Below, piece by piece: positions 45,981-55,539 of a stretch of DNA of 64,000 nucleotides (position 1 is its first letter; each line of letters begins with the position of its first letter). The position numbers and the translations under genes are program-made. A model generated the notes under the pieces. It did not search any database. It worked only from the letters and a program-made list of their open reading frames with translations, and had not been told where the DNA came from. Origin of the DNA: Candidatus Aminicenantes bacterium (lineage in GTDB: Bacteria; Acidobacteriota; Aminicenantia; S016-38); NCBI GenBank assembly GCA_026987025.1, contig JALSNJ010000029.1:15695-79694 (forward strand), written 5' to 3'.

Positions 45981-46066
45981 GCCGAAGTGGCGGAATTGGC
46001 AGACGCGCTAGATTCAGGATCTAGTGGGCGTTGCCCGTAGGGGTTCGAGTCCCCTCTTCGGCACCA
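45981..46066 (+). tRNA. tRNA-Leu (anticodon CAG), CCA encoded
   Basis: Acceptor GCCGAAG/CTTCGGC, a 3-bp D stem, anticodon arm CTAGA-TTCAGGA-TCTAG, a long variable arm (GGGC/GCCC), T-arm AGGGG TTCGAGT CCCCT, and a terminal ACCA. Confidence 0.9.
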
Positions 46067-46075
46067 ATTTTTATT

Positions 46076-48664
46076 TTGAAAGCAAAGGGGCTTCTGGCCA
46101 CATCCATCCTGGTTTTCCTCCTGGGGACGGTAAATTTTTACCAGGCGGTATTTTCCCCTCCCATCACCGACGGGATTCGCTGGACAAGGAACCTCATCTC
46201 TCTGGCCAGCTCTGTAAAAGAGATTTCCCCCGGGGACTGTCTCATAGAGGTGGGGGGAGAACAGGTAAATTCCCTCTACCAGGCTTACAGGAAGCTCTCC
46301 CTTTACAATCCAGGAGAAGGGATTGTTTACAGGATCAGGAAGCCTTCAGGAGAGGAAACCCTAAATTTCATAATCCTCCGGCGAAGGGCTGTAAGCCTGG
46401 GTTATGTGGTAGGTTCCATAGTTGGAACCATAACCCTTTTTATAGCCCTCTTTCTTTTTTATAGGATCAACTTAGAGGAGGTCAGGGATAGCTTCCTGAT
46501 TTTGGGCACGCTCCTGTACGCAGTTTACCTCTTTTCGCCCCTGGGTACCGGAACCTTTATAGATTACATATTTTATTTTCTTAGAAGCGCTTCCCTCTGG
46601 TTCTTCCCCGTTTACTTCCTTTACTTTTTCTCCCTTTTTCCCCACAGGGTTGAGGTGAAGGGAAAGAAATTCCTCTTTTTTCTCCCCCTGTTTTTTTTCC
46701 TGGGGGAAGCCTTTTATTTTGCCGCACTTCCTCTTATCCCCCCTTTAAAAGTTGTATTGCTTCAAGGTTTGCTGAGGAACCTTCATGCATGGTTTACCCT
46801 GATTTTTGTGATTTTAACCGTGGGACTTCTTTCTTACCTGCTTCTTAAAATACCTTCCCACGAGGAAAGGGCTCAAATTAAATGGGTGCTTTCTGGACTG
46901 GCCGCCGCTTTTTTGCCCTTTGCCCTTCTTTACGGTCTGCCTTTTTTTGTGGGAAGGCCCATAAGTCAGCTGGGGGAACTTTCCCTGAGCTTCCATATTT
47001 TCCTTCCCCTGGCCTTCCTTTCAAGCCTGACCAAGTATCGCCTCCCGGATGTGGATGTGATCCTTAAGAGGGCCCTGGCCTTTACCATTTCCTTCCTCTT
47101 TATCCTTGCCATCTTTCTTAGCTTCGCCGTGGGGTTCTTCCCCAAGGAAAAGCGGGGGATTGCCATATTTGCAATTTCTGGCGCTGTATTCCTGGCCGTT
47201 CTCATTTTCCCCTTTCTTTACGAAAGGGTTAACAGGCTTCTTGACAGGCTATTTTACAGCGAAAGCCTGAGATACAGAACCCAGTTGGTGGAAGTGGCCC
47301 AGGACCTGGCGGCGGCCAAGGAATGGCAGAGCCTTGAGGAAAAGCTACCGGAGATAATTTCCAAGGCCCTTTCCACAGCCAGGGTCGCCCTTTACGGTTT
47401 TAATGGGAAGGAGTTTAAGCTCATAGGGAGGACCGGGGAGGCTGCCCTTCCCGGGAGCATGAAGATTCCGGCCCTTATGGCGGGCTATGTGAAGCTTTGG
47501 CGGTTTACGAAGGACGGTCAGGACCTGGGTTTTCTTCTCCTTGGCCCTAAAAGGGATGGGAGTTATTACAATGTGGAGGACCTGGAGCTTTTGAAGTTTA
47601 TCTCCCCCTATGTAACCTTGGCCTTAGAGAATTCCCTCCTATACATGAATTTGCAGAGGAGGGCCCGGGAGCTGGAGGAGCTCAAGGACTTCAACGAAAG
47701 TATAATAAATAGCCTTCCACTTTCCCTGATTGTTACAGATAGGAAGGGCGAGATTCTTTCAAAAAACAGGGAGGCGGAAAAGAATTTCTCCCCTGAACAG
47801 ATAGAGGAAATAATCCTTCAGGGCATGGAAATTACCGAAGGGGCGGTCACCGAAAGGTGGTTTAACGATTCTAAGGGGGAAAAAAGGCTTTTCACCCTTC
47901 TTAAAACGCCCTTAAAAAGGGCTGAGGGATTTGTTTTCCTTCTGGAGGATATAACGGAAAACTTCATGCTTCAACAGAGGCTCATAACCTCGGAGAAGCT
48001 GGCTTCCCTTGGGACCCTGGTGGCAGGGATTGCCCATGAAATTAACACCCCCATAACCGGGATAATGAACTATATGGAAATTCTGGGGGAGGACCTTCCA
48101 GAAGACAAGCTGGAACTGCTGGAGAGAATACAGGCCCAGATCAAAAGGATAGTAAAGACGGTGAGGAGCCTGTTGAATTTCGCCCGTCGCTCCTCAGAAG
48201 GATTCGTTCAGGTGGAACTTCGGGAGGTTATAAACGATGTAAAGGAGGTTCTAAGGTCGCAGATAAGAAAAAAGGGTGTTTCAGTGGAAATAAGGGGCAG
48301 TGCTGTGGCGGATATAAATCCCGATAGAATGCAGCAGGTCTTCTTTAACCTTTTTTCCAACGCTCTGGCCGCCCTGGAGCGAGGGGGCAGGATTGAAATA
48401 AACCTCCAACAGGAGAAGGATAGGGTGCGGATAGAATTTTCTGATACTGGAAGCGGCATAGCCCCCCAGAATGTTTCCAAGATTTTCGACCCCTTCTTTA
48501 CCACCAGGCCCGGAGGAACGGGTTTGGGACTTTCCATAACCTTTGCCATAATTAAAGAGCACGGTGGGGAAATAGAGGTGGAAAGCGAAGTGGGTAGGGG
48601 AACCACCTTTATAATAACTCTCCCTAGAAGGAGGGAAAATGAACAGGGCATTGGTTATAGATGA
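46076..48664 (+). CDS. Sensor histidine kinase with N-terminal TM, a PDZ-like periplasmic segment, a polytopic 7TM-type domain, PAS, HisKA and HATPase domains
   Basis: It has an H-box (GIAHEINTPITG), N/G1/G2 boxes (FFNLFSNALAAL; DTGSGI; GGTGLGLSI) and about 8 hydrophobic helices N-terminally. The start is uncertain (TTG at 46076 is the first start candidate after the tRNA); the ORF-track start at 46031 lies inside the tRNA. Confidence 0.75.
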   Translation: MKAKGLLATSILVFLLGTVNFYQAVFSPPITDGIRWTRNLISLASSVKEISPGDCLIEVGGEQVNSLYQAYRKLSLYNPGEGIVYRIRKPSGEETLNFIILRRRAVSLGYVVGSIVGTITLFIALFLFYRINLEEVRDSFLILGTLLYAVYLFSPLGTGTFIDYIFYFLRSASLWFFPVYFLYFFSLFPHRVEVKGKKFLFFLPLFFFLGEAFYFAALPLIPPLKVVLLQGLLRNLHAWFTLIFVILTVGLLSYLLLKIPSHEERAQIKWVLSGLAAAFLPFALLYGLPFFVGRPISQLGELSLSFHIFLPLAFLSSLTKYRLPDVDVILKRALAFTISFLFILAIFLSFAVGFFPKEKRGIAIFAISGAVFLAVLIFPFLYERVNRLLDRLFYSESLRYRTQLVEVAQDLAAAKEWQSLEEKLPEIISKALSTARVALYGFNGKEFKLIGRTGEAALPGSMKIPALMAGYVKLWRFTKDGQDLGFLLLGPKRDGSYYNVEDLELLKFISPYVTLALENSLLYMNLQRRARELEELKDFNESIINSLPLSLIVTDRKGEILSKNREAEKNFSPEQIEEIILQGMEITEGAVTERWFNDSKGEKRLFTLLKTPLKRAEGFVFLLEDITENFMLQQRLITSEKLASLGTLVAGIAHEINTPITGIMNYMEILGEDLPEDKLELLERIQAQIKRIVKTVRSLLNFARRSSEGFVQVELREVINDVKEVLRSQIRKKGVSVEIRGSAVADINPDRMQQVFFNLFSNALAALERGGRIEINLQQEKDRVRIEFSDTGSGIAPQNVSKIFDPFFTTRPGGTGLGLSITFAIIKEHGGEIEVESEVGRGTTFIITLPRRRENEQGIGYR

Positions 48665-49991
48665 CGAGGAAGTTATTCAGGATGTTATAAAAAGGGCTCT
48701 TCAAAGACACGGAATTTCTATAAGGGAGGCCACCAGCCTTCAGGAGGCCAGGGAGAGGTTAACTCAGGATTACGACCTGGTTTTCCTGGACCTGAGGCTA
48801 CCGGATGGCAACGGGCTGGATGTGCTTCCCCTTATAAGGGAACGGCTCCCCTATACGCCGGTTATAGTGCTTACGGCCTACGGAACCGTGGAGGCAGCGG
48901 TTAGGGCGCTGAAACTGGGTGCCTTTGATTTCTTAGAAAAACCCTTCACCCTCAAAGATTTTGAGAACAGGGTGAAGGAAGCCATTAAATTCAGGGAGGT
49001 TTACAGGGAAAACATAGAGCTCAAAAAGCAACTGGATGAGGCCAAGGGCTTCGGTCACATCATAGGCAAAACCCAGAGGATGATTGAGGTATATGAGGCC
49101 ATAGGAAGGGTGGCTAACGCGGATGTTACGGTCCTCATAGAGGGAGAAAGCGGCACCGGTAAGGAAATGGTGGCCCGGGAGATCCACAAAAGGTCCGGAA
49201 GGAGCGGGAAATTCGTGGTTTTTCACTGCGGAAACATATCCCCGGATCTGGTGGAATCCCACCTCTTCGGCCACAGGAAAGGTGCCTTCACCGGGGCCAC
49301 CCAGGATAAACGGGGCTTCATTGAGGAGGCCGAGGGCGGAACCCTTCTCCTGGACGACATCACCACCCTGCCCTGGGAAACCCAGGCAAAACTATTGAGG
49401 TTCCTGGAGACCAGGGAATTTGTCAAACTTGGGGAGACCAGGTCCAGGAGGTCCTCGGCCAGAATACTGGTGGCTTCCAACGAGCCTTTGAAAAAAGCGG
49501 TGGAAGAGGGCAAATTCAGGGAGGACCTTTTCTACAGGATTAATGTGGTGAGTATAGAGCTTCCCCCGCTTAGGGAGAGAAAGGAAGATATTCCCCTGTT
49601 CGTTTTTCACTTTTTAAAGGAATTTTCCGAAAAGCACAACAAGAGGATAAAGGGAATAAAAGAGGATGCCATGAAGCACCTCATGAATTATTCCTGGCCA
49701 GGTAATGTCCGGGAGCTGAAAAACGCCCTGGAGAGCGCTGTTATATTAGCCAAGGACGAGTGGATAGGCGTGGAGAACCTTCCCGATTGGATAGCCAGGA
49801 ATAAGCCCATATCCCCGAGCAGGATAGAGCTGGGGAAAAAGAGCTACAGGGAACTGCTGGAGGAATTTGAAAGAACCCTTATCCTCAAAGCCCTTCAGGA
49901 AGCTGGAGGGGTTCAGAAAAAGGCGGCGGAGCTTCTGGGAATGAATCCTTCCACCCTCAACATGGCCATGAAAAGGCTGGGCCTTAAATAA
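48639..49991 (+). CDS. Sigma-54-dependent response regulator (NtrC family: REC, AAA+, HTH)
   Basis: It has a REC domain (DD..., DLVFLDLRLPDGNG), sigma-54 activator motifs (GESGTGKE; GAFTGA) and a C-terminal Fis-type HTH. Confidence 0.85.
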   Translation: MNRALVIDDEEVIQDVIKRALQRHGISIREATSLQEARERLTQDYDLVFLDLRLPDGNGLDVLPLIRERLPYTPVIVLTAYGTVEAAVRALKLGAFDFLEKPFTLKDFENRVKEAIKFREVYRENIELKKQLDEAKGFGHIIGKTQRMIEVYEAIGRVANADVTVLIEGESGTGKEMVAREIHKRSGRSGKFVVFHCGNISPDLVESHLFGHRKGAFTGATQDKRGFIEEAEGGTLLLDDITTLPWETQAKLLRFLETREFVKLGETRSRRSSARILVASNEPLKKAVEEGKFREDLFYRINVVSIELPPLRERKEDIPLFVFHFLKEFSEKHNKRIKGIKEDAMKHLMNYSWPGNVRELKNALESAVILAKDEWIGVENLPDWIARNKPISPSRIELGKKSYRELLEEFERTLILKALQEAGGVQKKAAELLGMNPSTLNMAMKRLGLK

Positions 49992-50334
49992 CCTCTATTT
50001 CCCTTTCCGCCTCCCAGAGCCCGTGAAGGTTGCAGGAGGCCAGGACATGCAATTTGGAGGGCCTATCTATGGAGAGGAAAAATTCAAACCTCGGCTCTAC
50101 CAGAGGAGGGAAAGGCTCAAATTTCAATATAAGCAGGGGAGGCCTGTTCTCCTGTTCCAGAAAGACCAGGACCGATGAGATGTAGTGATTGAAGGCGAAG
50201 GGATGGGGTTTTTCCCCGATCCTTATCCCGACCCTGAAGCTTTTTTGAGCCTCCACCCTGGAGGGGGCTTCTATAACCGGCAGGTGCCTCTCCCTTTCCT
50301 CCTCATCCCTGTTTAAGATGTCCTTTAGGCTCAT
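49984..50334 (-). CDS. sor: Superoxide reductase (neelaredoxin-type, 1Fe-SOR)
   Basis: ERHLPVIE..., KPHPFAFNHYIS and ASCNLHGLWE parallel P. furiosus SOR (EKHVPVIE, HPNTTEHHIRYIE, SYCNIHGLWE). All His/Cys iron ligands are present. Confidence 0.85.
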   Translation of the reverse strand: MSLKDILNRDEEERERHLPVIEAPSRVEAQKSFRVGIRIGEKPHPFAFNHYISSVLVFLEQENRPPLLILKFEPFPPLVEPRFEFFLSIDRPSKLHVLASCNLHGLWEAEREIEVI

Positions 50335-51665
50335 GTCTTGACCTCCACAAACCTGGATACAGCCCTGGCCTTCCAGTTTCTTTTTATAAAAAAGATTAAG
50401 GAAAGTAAAGAAGATAAAAAGGCCGAGGTTACCATGGCGTACCAGATCCCCCTCAGGGAAAAGAAATGCGAAAGGGCAGGTGCCAGAGCTATTAGCAGCG
50501 ATACTCTTCCCATGGATACATAAAGAGGGGGCAAGGTATCCCCGGAGGCCCTGAAGGCAGAGGAGATGGAAACATTTACCGCCACGAATACCTGGGCCAG
50601 AAGGAAGAACCGGAGAACCTCCGCTCCGCTGGTTGTAATTTCCTTAGAGAAAAAGCCCATAAGGGGAGGGGCTAAGGGGAAGATTAACAAGACCATAATC
50701 CCCATCAGAACCACATTGGTAAAGAGGATTTTCAGGACGGTTCTCTCGGCTTCCTTCTCCTCTCCCATGCCCAAGTACTGTCCGGCGACGATGGTGGAGG
50801 ATATGGCCAGGCTCATCAGGGGAATCTGAACGAAGTGCATTATCCTGCCCGCCACCCCCACCGCCGCCACCACCGCCTTTCCGTATCCCGCCACGATCCT
50901 GAGCAAAACTATCATGGTCAGGCTCATTAGGGTGAACTGAATCCCGGAAGGGAGTCCCACCTTAAGAATCTTTCCTGCCAAGGATAGGTCAGGGTGATGG
51001 GGTATAAAGGGGTTGGCCCCCAGAAGCCTGATTAGCTTTAGAAGTCCGTAGGAAAAGGCTAAGGCATAGGAAATGCCGGTGGCCACCGCCGCTCCTTTTA
51101 CTCCCATTTTCATGCCGAAAATCAATATGGGGTCCAGAATAATATTGGTTAAGTTGGAAATTATCAGGATAAACATGGGGGTGAAGGTATCACCGGTGGC
51201 CCTGAAAAGGGAGTTTATAGCGAAGTTAAGGGTGAAGAAGACTATAAAGGGGGCCAGGGCCAGAAGGTAGGCCCTACCCAGGTTTATAACCTCTCCCCTG
51301 GCGCCCATGAGCCTCATGGCCTGAGCGGGAAAGAGGAAAACCAGGATGGAAAGCAGAAGGCCTGAGTAGAGGGCCAGACTTATGGCCTGGGCTGAAAAAC
51401 TCAGTATTCCTTCCCAGTTCTTTTTTCCCTTCAGCTGGGAGACATAGGCGGTGGCTCCTACTGCAATGGTCTGGGACACGGTAAAGATTATAAAATTAAC
51501 CACCGAAGCCAGGGAGACCGCGGCAATGGCCGAGGTTCCCAGCCTGGAGATCCAGAAGATGTCCACTAAGGCGTAGAGGTTCTGGAGAGAAAAGGATACA
51601 AAGGTGGGAAGGGAAAGGACAAAAAGGTCTCTGAAGGAGTTGGAATAAAATCTTTTGCCTCTCAA
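50331..51665 (-). CDS. MATE-family efflux transporter
   Basis: It has 12 TM helices and an N-terminus typical of MATE/NorM proteins (...LSLPTFVSFSLQNLYALVDIFWISRLG). Confidence 0.8.
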   Translation of the reverse strand: MRGKRFYSNSFRDLFVLSLPTFVSFSLQNLYALVDIFWISRLGTSAIAAVSLASVVNFIIFTVSQTIAVGATAYVSQLKGKKNWEGILSFSAQAISLALYSGLLLSILVFLFPAQAMRLMGARGEVINLGRAYLLALAPFIVFFTLNFAINSLFRATGDTFTPMFILIISNLTNIILDPILIFGMKMGVKGAAVATGISYALAFSYGLLKLIRLLGANPFIPHHPDLSLAGKILKVGLPSGIQFTLMSLTMIVLLRIVAGYGKAVVAAVGVAGRIMHFVQIPLMSLAISSTIVAGQYLGMGEEKEAERTVLKILFTNVVLMGIMVLLIFPLAPPLMGFFSKEITTSGAEVLRFFLLAQVFVAVNVSISSAFRASGDTLPPLYVSMGRVSLLIALAPALSHFFSLRGIWYAMVTSAFLSSLLSLIFFIKRNWKARAVSRFVEVKT

Positions 51666-51697
51666 GAGGGAAATTATAGTATAATTTAGGCTAAATT

Positions 51698-52789
51698 ATG
51701 GAATTTATGGACCTTCACATCAGGGAAGAGGAGCTCAGGAGGGAGATAGAGGAGGTTTTCCGCCGAACCCTGGAAAGTGCCCGCTATGTGGGAGGTCCTT
51801 TCATTGAGGGTTTTGAGAGGGAATTCGCCCGGTGGGTAGGGGTTCGCAGGGCGGTCTCGGTGGGTTCCGGAACCCAGGCCCTGAAATATTGCCTCTGGGC
51901 TTTGGGAATTGGAAAAGGGGACGAGGTTATAACCACCCCCTTAACCTTCGTTGCCACCGCTGAGGTTATAGTTAGCCTGGGGGCTAAACCGGTCTTTGTG
52001 GATGTAAATCCCAGGACCTTTCAGATAGACGAGGAGAAAATTGAGGATGCCATAACCCCCCGCACCAGGGCAATTCTCCCCGTTCACCTGTTCGGGGCAC
52101 CGGCGGAGATGGATAGCATTGTGGAAATAGCCCGAAGCCACCGTCTATGGGTGGTGGAGGATGCCGCCCAGGCCCACGGAGCGCTCTATAAGGGGAAGAG
52201 GGTGGGAAGCATAGGATACTGTGGAGCCTTCAGCTTCTATCCTACCAAAAACCTTTCCGCCATGGGGGAGGCCGGGGCAATAACCACCGATTGGGATGAG
52301 CTGGCGGAGAAGGTGATATTGATAAAAAATCACGGTCAGGACCGTCCTTACCATTCCCTTTTCCCCGGGGAAAACGGAAGGATGGATGCCATCCAGGCCG
52401 GGGTCCTTCTTAAGAAACTCCCCTACATTGACCGCTGGAACAGGAGAAGGCAGGAAATTGCCAGGATATACCGCAGGGAGCTTTTGCCTTTGGTCCAGCT
52501 GCAGGAGGTGGGAGAGGGGTGCGAATCCGTCTATCACCTTTTCGTCGTCCTTCATCCTTCCAGGGATGCGCTTCAGCAGAAGCTTGCCTCCTTGGGGATT
52601 CCCACCAGGGTTTACTATCCGGTTCCTCTCCATTTGCAAAAAGCCTTCTCCTATCTTGGATACCGCAGGGGAGACCTTCCTGTGGCGGAGAGATTGAGCA
52701 GGGAGATTTTGGCCCTGCCCATAGGACCGTGGATGGAGGACGAGGAGGTTTACAGGGTGGTGGAGGGCCTTAAAAGGGCTTTAAATTAA
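51698..52789 (+). CDS. DegT/DnrJ/EryC1/StrS-family PLP-dependent sugar aminotransferase
   Basis: VGGPFIEGFEREFA...; AVSVGSGTQAL; the PLP-lysine region FSFYPTKNL. It is 363 aa. Confidence 0.8.
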   Translation: MEFMDLHIREEELRREIEEVFRRTLESARYVGGPFIEGFEREFARWVGVRRAVSVGSGTQALKYCLWALGIGKGDEVITTPLTFVATAEVIVSLGAKPVFVDVNPRTFQIDEEKIEDAITPRTRAILPVHLFGAPAEMDSIVEIARSHRLWVVEDAAQAHGALYKGKRVGSIGYCGAFSFYPTKNLSAMGEAGAITTDWDELAEKVILIKNHGQDRPYHSLFPGENGRMDAIQAGVLLKKLPYIDRWNRRRQEIARIYRRELLPLVQLQEVGEGCESVYHLFVVLHPSRDALQQKLASLGIPTRVYYPVPLHLQKAFSYLGYRRGDLPVAERLSREILALPIGPWMEDEEVYRVVEGLKRALN

Positions 52790-52811
52790 AAATATAAAAA
52801 CGGAGGGGAAG

Positions 52812-54131
52812 ATGGATTCCAAGGAAATCGGGGAACTGATTAAAAGGGAAGGGATTAAGTTTATTCAGCTATGGTTCACGGACCTGGAGGGGAATTTAAA
52901 AAGCGTATCCATGCCTTCGGAAAGATGGGAGGATGTCCTGCAGTGGGGAGCTTCCTTTGACGGAAGCTCCATTCGGGGTTTTTCCAGAATAGAGGAAAGC
53001 GATATGTTCCTGAGGCCGGACCTTTCCACCTTTTCGGTTCTTCCCATTGAATATCCCCAGGGGAAAGTAGCCAGGGTTTTTTGCGATGTGATAAAGCCCG
53101 ACGGCGACTGTTATGAAGACTCCCCCAGGAGAATACTTAAAAGAACACTTAAAGAGGCGGAAAAGGAGGGGTTCAGCTTCTATGTGGGACCTGAGCTGGA
53201 GTTTTTCTATTTCAAAAACAAACAATCTCCCCAGTACATAGATTTCAACGGATATTTTGACTATGTGCCCCCGGATACCGGGGAGGCCATGCTGAGGGAG
53301 ACGGTGGAAAGGCTGAAGTCCATGGGGATAGAGGTGGAGTACCTCCACCACGAAGTCTCCCCCTCCCAGTACGAGCTGGACCTTAAATACAGCGATGCCC
53401 TTTCCATGGCGGACATACTCATAACCGCCAAGTTTATGGTAAAGTATGTGGCGGAGAAAAACGGCTACTATGCAACCTTCATGCCCAAGCCCGTCCAGGG
53501 AATAAATGGAAGCGGGCTTCACCTTCATCAGTCCCTCTTTAAGGAGGGAAAAAACGCCTTTTTTGACCCCCGGGATCCCTTTCTTATGTCCTCTGTGGCC
53601 AGGGGTTATGTGGCGGGTCTTCTTAAGCACGCCAGGGAACTTACCCTGATTACCAATCAGTGGATAAACTCCTACAAAAGGCTGGTTCCAGGATATGAGG
53701 CCCCGGTTTATATAACCTGGGGAAGGTTTAACCGTTCCCCGCTTATAAGAGTTCCGGCCATCCCCGAAAATAAGGCCTCCTCCATGAGGATTGAATATCG
53801 CTCCCCGGACCCGGCCTGCAACCCTTATTTAGTTTTCGCAGTGCTGCTGAAGGCCGGGCTTAAGGGAATAAAGGAGGATTACCCCCTTCCCCCTGCCAGC
53901 GAGGAAAATGTCTACAGAATGGGAGAAAAGAGAAGGGCGGAGCTTAAAATTGAGACCCTTCCCGGAAGCCTTATAGAGGCGATAATAGAGGCGGAGAGAG
54001 GAAACCTGGTCAAGGAAACCCTGGGGGAATCTGCCTTTGAAAAGCTTATAACCTCCAAGAGGGCCCAATGGGATGAGTATCGCCAGATAATAACCTCCTA
54101 CGAGATGGAAAAATACTTCCCGGTGCTCTAA
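52812..54131 (+). CDS. glnA: Glutamine synthetase type I
   Basis: It has canonical GSI motifs (FDGSSI; ELEFF; HHEV; NSYKRLVPGYEAP; RIPA) and is 439 aa. Confidence 0.85.
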   Translation: MDSKEIGELIKREGIKFIQLWFTDLEGNLKSVSMPSERWEDVLQWGASFDGSSIRGFSRIEESDMFLRPDLSTFSVLPIEYPQGKVARVFCDVIKPDGDCYEDSPRRILKRTLKEAEKEGFSFYVGPELEFFYFKNKQSPQYIDFNGYFDYVPPDTGEAMLRETVERLKSMGIEVEYLHHEVSPSQYELDLKYSDALSMADILITAKFMVKYVAEKNGYYATFMPKPVQGINGSGLHLHQSLFKEGKNAFFDPRDPFLMSSVARGYVAGLLKHARELTLITNQWINSYKRLVPGYEAPVYITWGRFNRSPLIRVPAIPENKASSMRIEYRSPDPACNPYLVFAVLLKAGLKGIKEDYPLPPASEENVYRMGEKRRAELKIETLPGSLIEAIIEAERGNLVKETLGESAFEKLITSKRAQWDEYRQIITSYEMEKYFPVL

Positions 54132-54140
54132 GGAGGAACC

Positions 54141-55310
54141 ATGAAAAGACTGGTTTACGCTTTAGTGGGCCTTTTCCTTTTGGGGGCCTTAAAAGGGGAG
54201 AGCCTTCAGGAAAAGGCAGAGAGGATAGTGAGGGAGGCCATAATTATAGATGCCCACGAGGATGTTCCTACCACCCTTCTTAAGGAGGATGTGTCTGTCA
54301 GGAGGGGGAAGGGACATTTTGACCTTCCCAGGGCGTTTTTAGGGGGACTTACTGCCCCCTGCTTTGCGATATATACTCCCCATTCCTATGACAATAACCA
54401 TCCGGCGGAATTCGCCCTGAGGGAAGTGGCGGGGGTCTATCGGTTCGCATACCAGAACAGCGATAGGGTCCTTATAGCCTTTTCCTGGAAGGACATTTTA
54501 AGGGCAAAAGGGGAAGGTAAACTGGCAATAGTCGTAACCATGGAAAACTCGTCCCCGGTGGAGGACCCCTCCCAGCTTCTCGTCTGGAGGCGTCTGGGCC
54601 TTCGGATGGCCATTTTGACCCACATGAGAACCAACAGGTATGCCGACTCCTCCACCGACAAGGAGAAGTGGGGGGGTCTGAGCCCTCAGGGAAGGGAAAT
54701 GATAAAGGTCATGAACCGGCTTGGCACACTGGTAGATGTATCTCACCTTTCGGATAAGGCGGCAGAACAGGCCATTGAGCTTACAGAACTTCCTCCTGTT
54801 GCCTCCCACTCCTGCGCCAGAGCCCTCAACCCGGTGGAGAGGAATCTCCCCGATTACCTCATAAAAGCCATAGCCTCCAAGGGGGGAGTAATCGGGGTCA
54901 ACTTTTTCCCTGTTTTCCTCTCACCTGAAGTTTCCAGTAGATGGAAGGAGGTTTACGGGGAATTTAAGAGGAAACTGAAGGAAGAGGGAAGGGAGAAGGC
55001 AGTGGAATTTCTTCACCGGCAAATGGATAAATTGCCCAAGACGGATGTGAAGGATGTAGTAAAGCATATCAAGTACATAGCCGACCTGGTGGGAATAGAA
55101 CATGTGGGTCTTGGAACGGATTTTGAGGGAATATCCGTGGCCCCGGTAGGATTGGAGGATGTGAGTCAGTTTAAGAACCTGGTCTATGAAATGTTGAAGG
55201 AGGGATTCAGCGAAGGGGAGGTAAAAATGGTCCTGGGGGAAAACTTTCTGAGGGTTTTCCGCAGGGCCGACGAAGTTTATTGGAAAAACTTCCCCTGGAT
55301 GGCAAAATAA
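54141..55310 (+). CDS. Membrane dipeptidase (peptidase family M19)
   Basis: It has a signal peptide, IIDAHED (the HxD metal site), VSHLS and HVGLGTDFEG, which are typical M19 motifs. Confidence 0.8.
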   Translation: MKRLVYALVGLFLLGALKGESLQEKAERIVREAIIIDAHEDVPTTLLKEDVSVRRGKGHFDLPRAFLGGLTAPCFAIYTPHSYDNNHPAEFALREVAGVYRFAYQNSDRVLIAFSWKDILRAKGEGKLAIVVTMENSSPVEDPSQLLVWRRLGLRMAILTHMRTNRYADSSTDKEKWGGLSPQGREMIKVMNRLGTLVDVSHLSDKAAEQAIELTELPPVASHSCARALNPVERNLPDYLIKAIASKGGVIGVNFFPVFLSPEVSSRWKEVYGEFKRKLKEEGREKAVEFLHRQMDKLPKTDVKDVVKHIKYIADLVGIEHVGLGTDFEGISVAPVGLEDVSQFKNLVYEMLKEGFSEGEVKMVLGENFLRVFRRADEVYWKNFPWMAK

Positions 55311-55315
55311 TAAAG

Positions 55316-55537
55316 ATGTGTCTGGCAGTTCCCATGAAAATAGTGGAAATAAAGGGCCTGGATGCGGTGGCGGAGCTGCAGGGGGTTCGCCGCAGGGTTC
55401 GCCTGGACCTGGTGGAGGACTGCAGGGTAGGGGATTATGTTTTAATACACGCAGGTTTTGCTATAGAGAAATTGGACGAGGAAGAGGCCAAAAAAAGCCT
55501 TCAGACCTGGGAGGAGTTCCTTAAAGCCCAGGAGTAA
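55316..55537 (+). CDS. hypC: [NiFe]-hydrogenase maturation chaperone HypC/HybG
   Basis: It starts MCLAVPMKIVEI (the invariant Cys2 of HypC). The start is trimmed from the ORF-track start at 55280. Confidence 0.8.
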   Translation: MCLAVPMKIVEIKGLDAVAELQGVRRRVRLDLVEDCRVGDYVLIHAGFAIEKLDEEEAKKSLQTWEEFLKAQE

Positions 55538-55539
55538 AA

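Noticed and set aside
46031-46075. The sensor kinase ORF starting at the ATG at 46031, and the overlapping 46024..46464 ORF
   Set aside because: These coordinates lie inside tRNA-Leu (45981-46066). The kinase start was moved downstream, and the 146-aa alternative-frame ORF is G/P/R-rich with no features.
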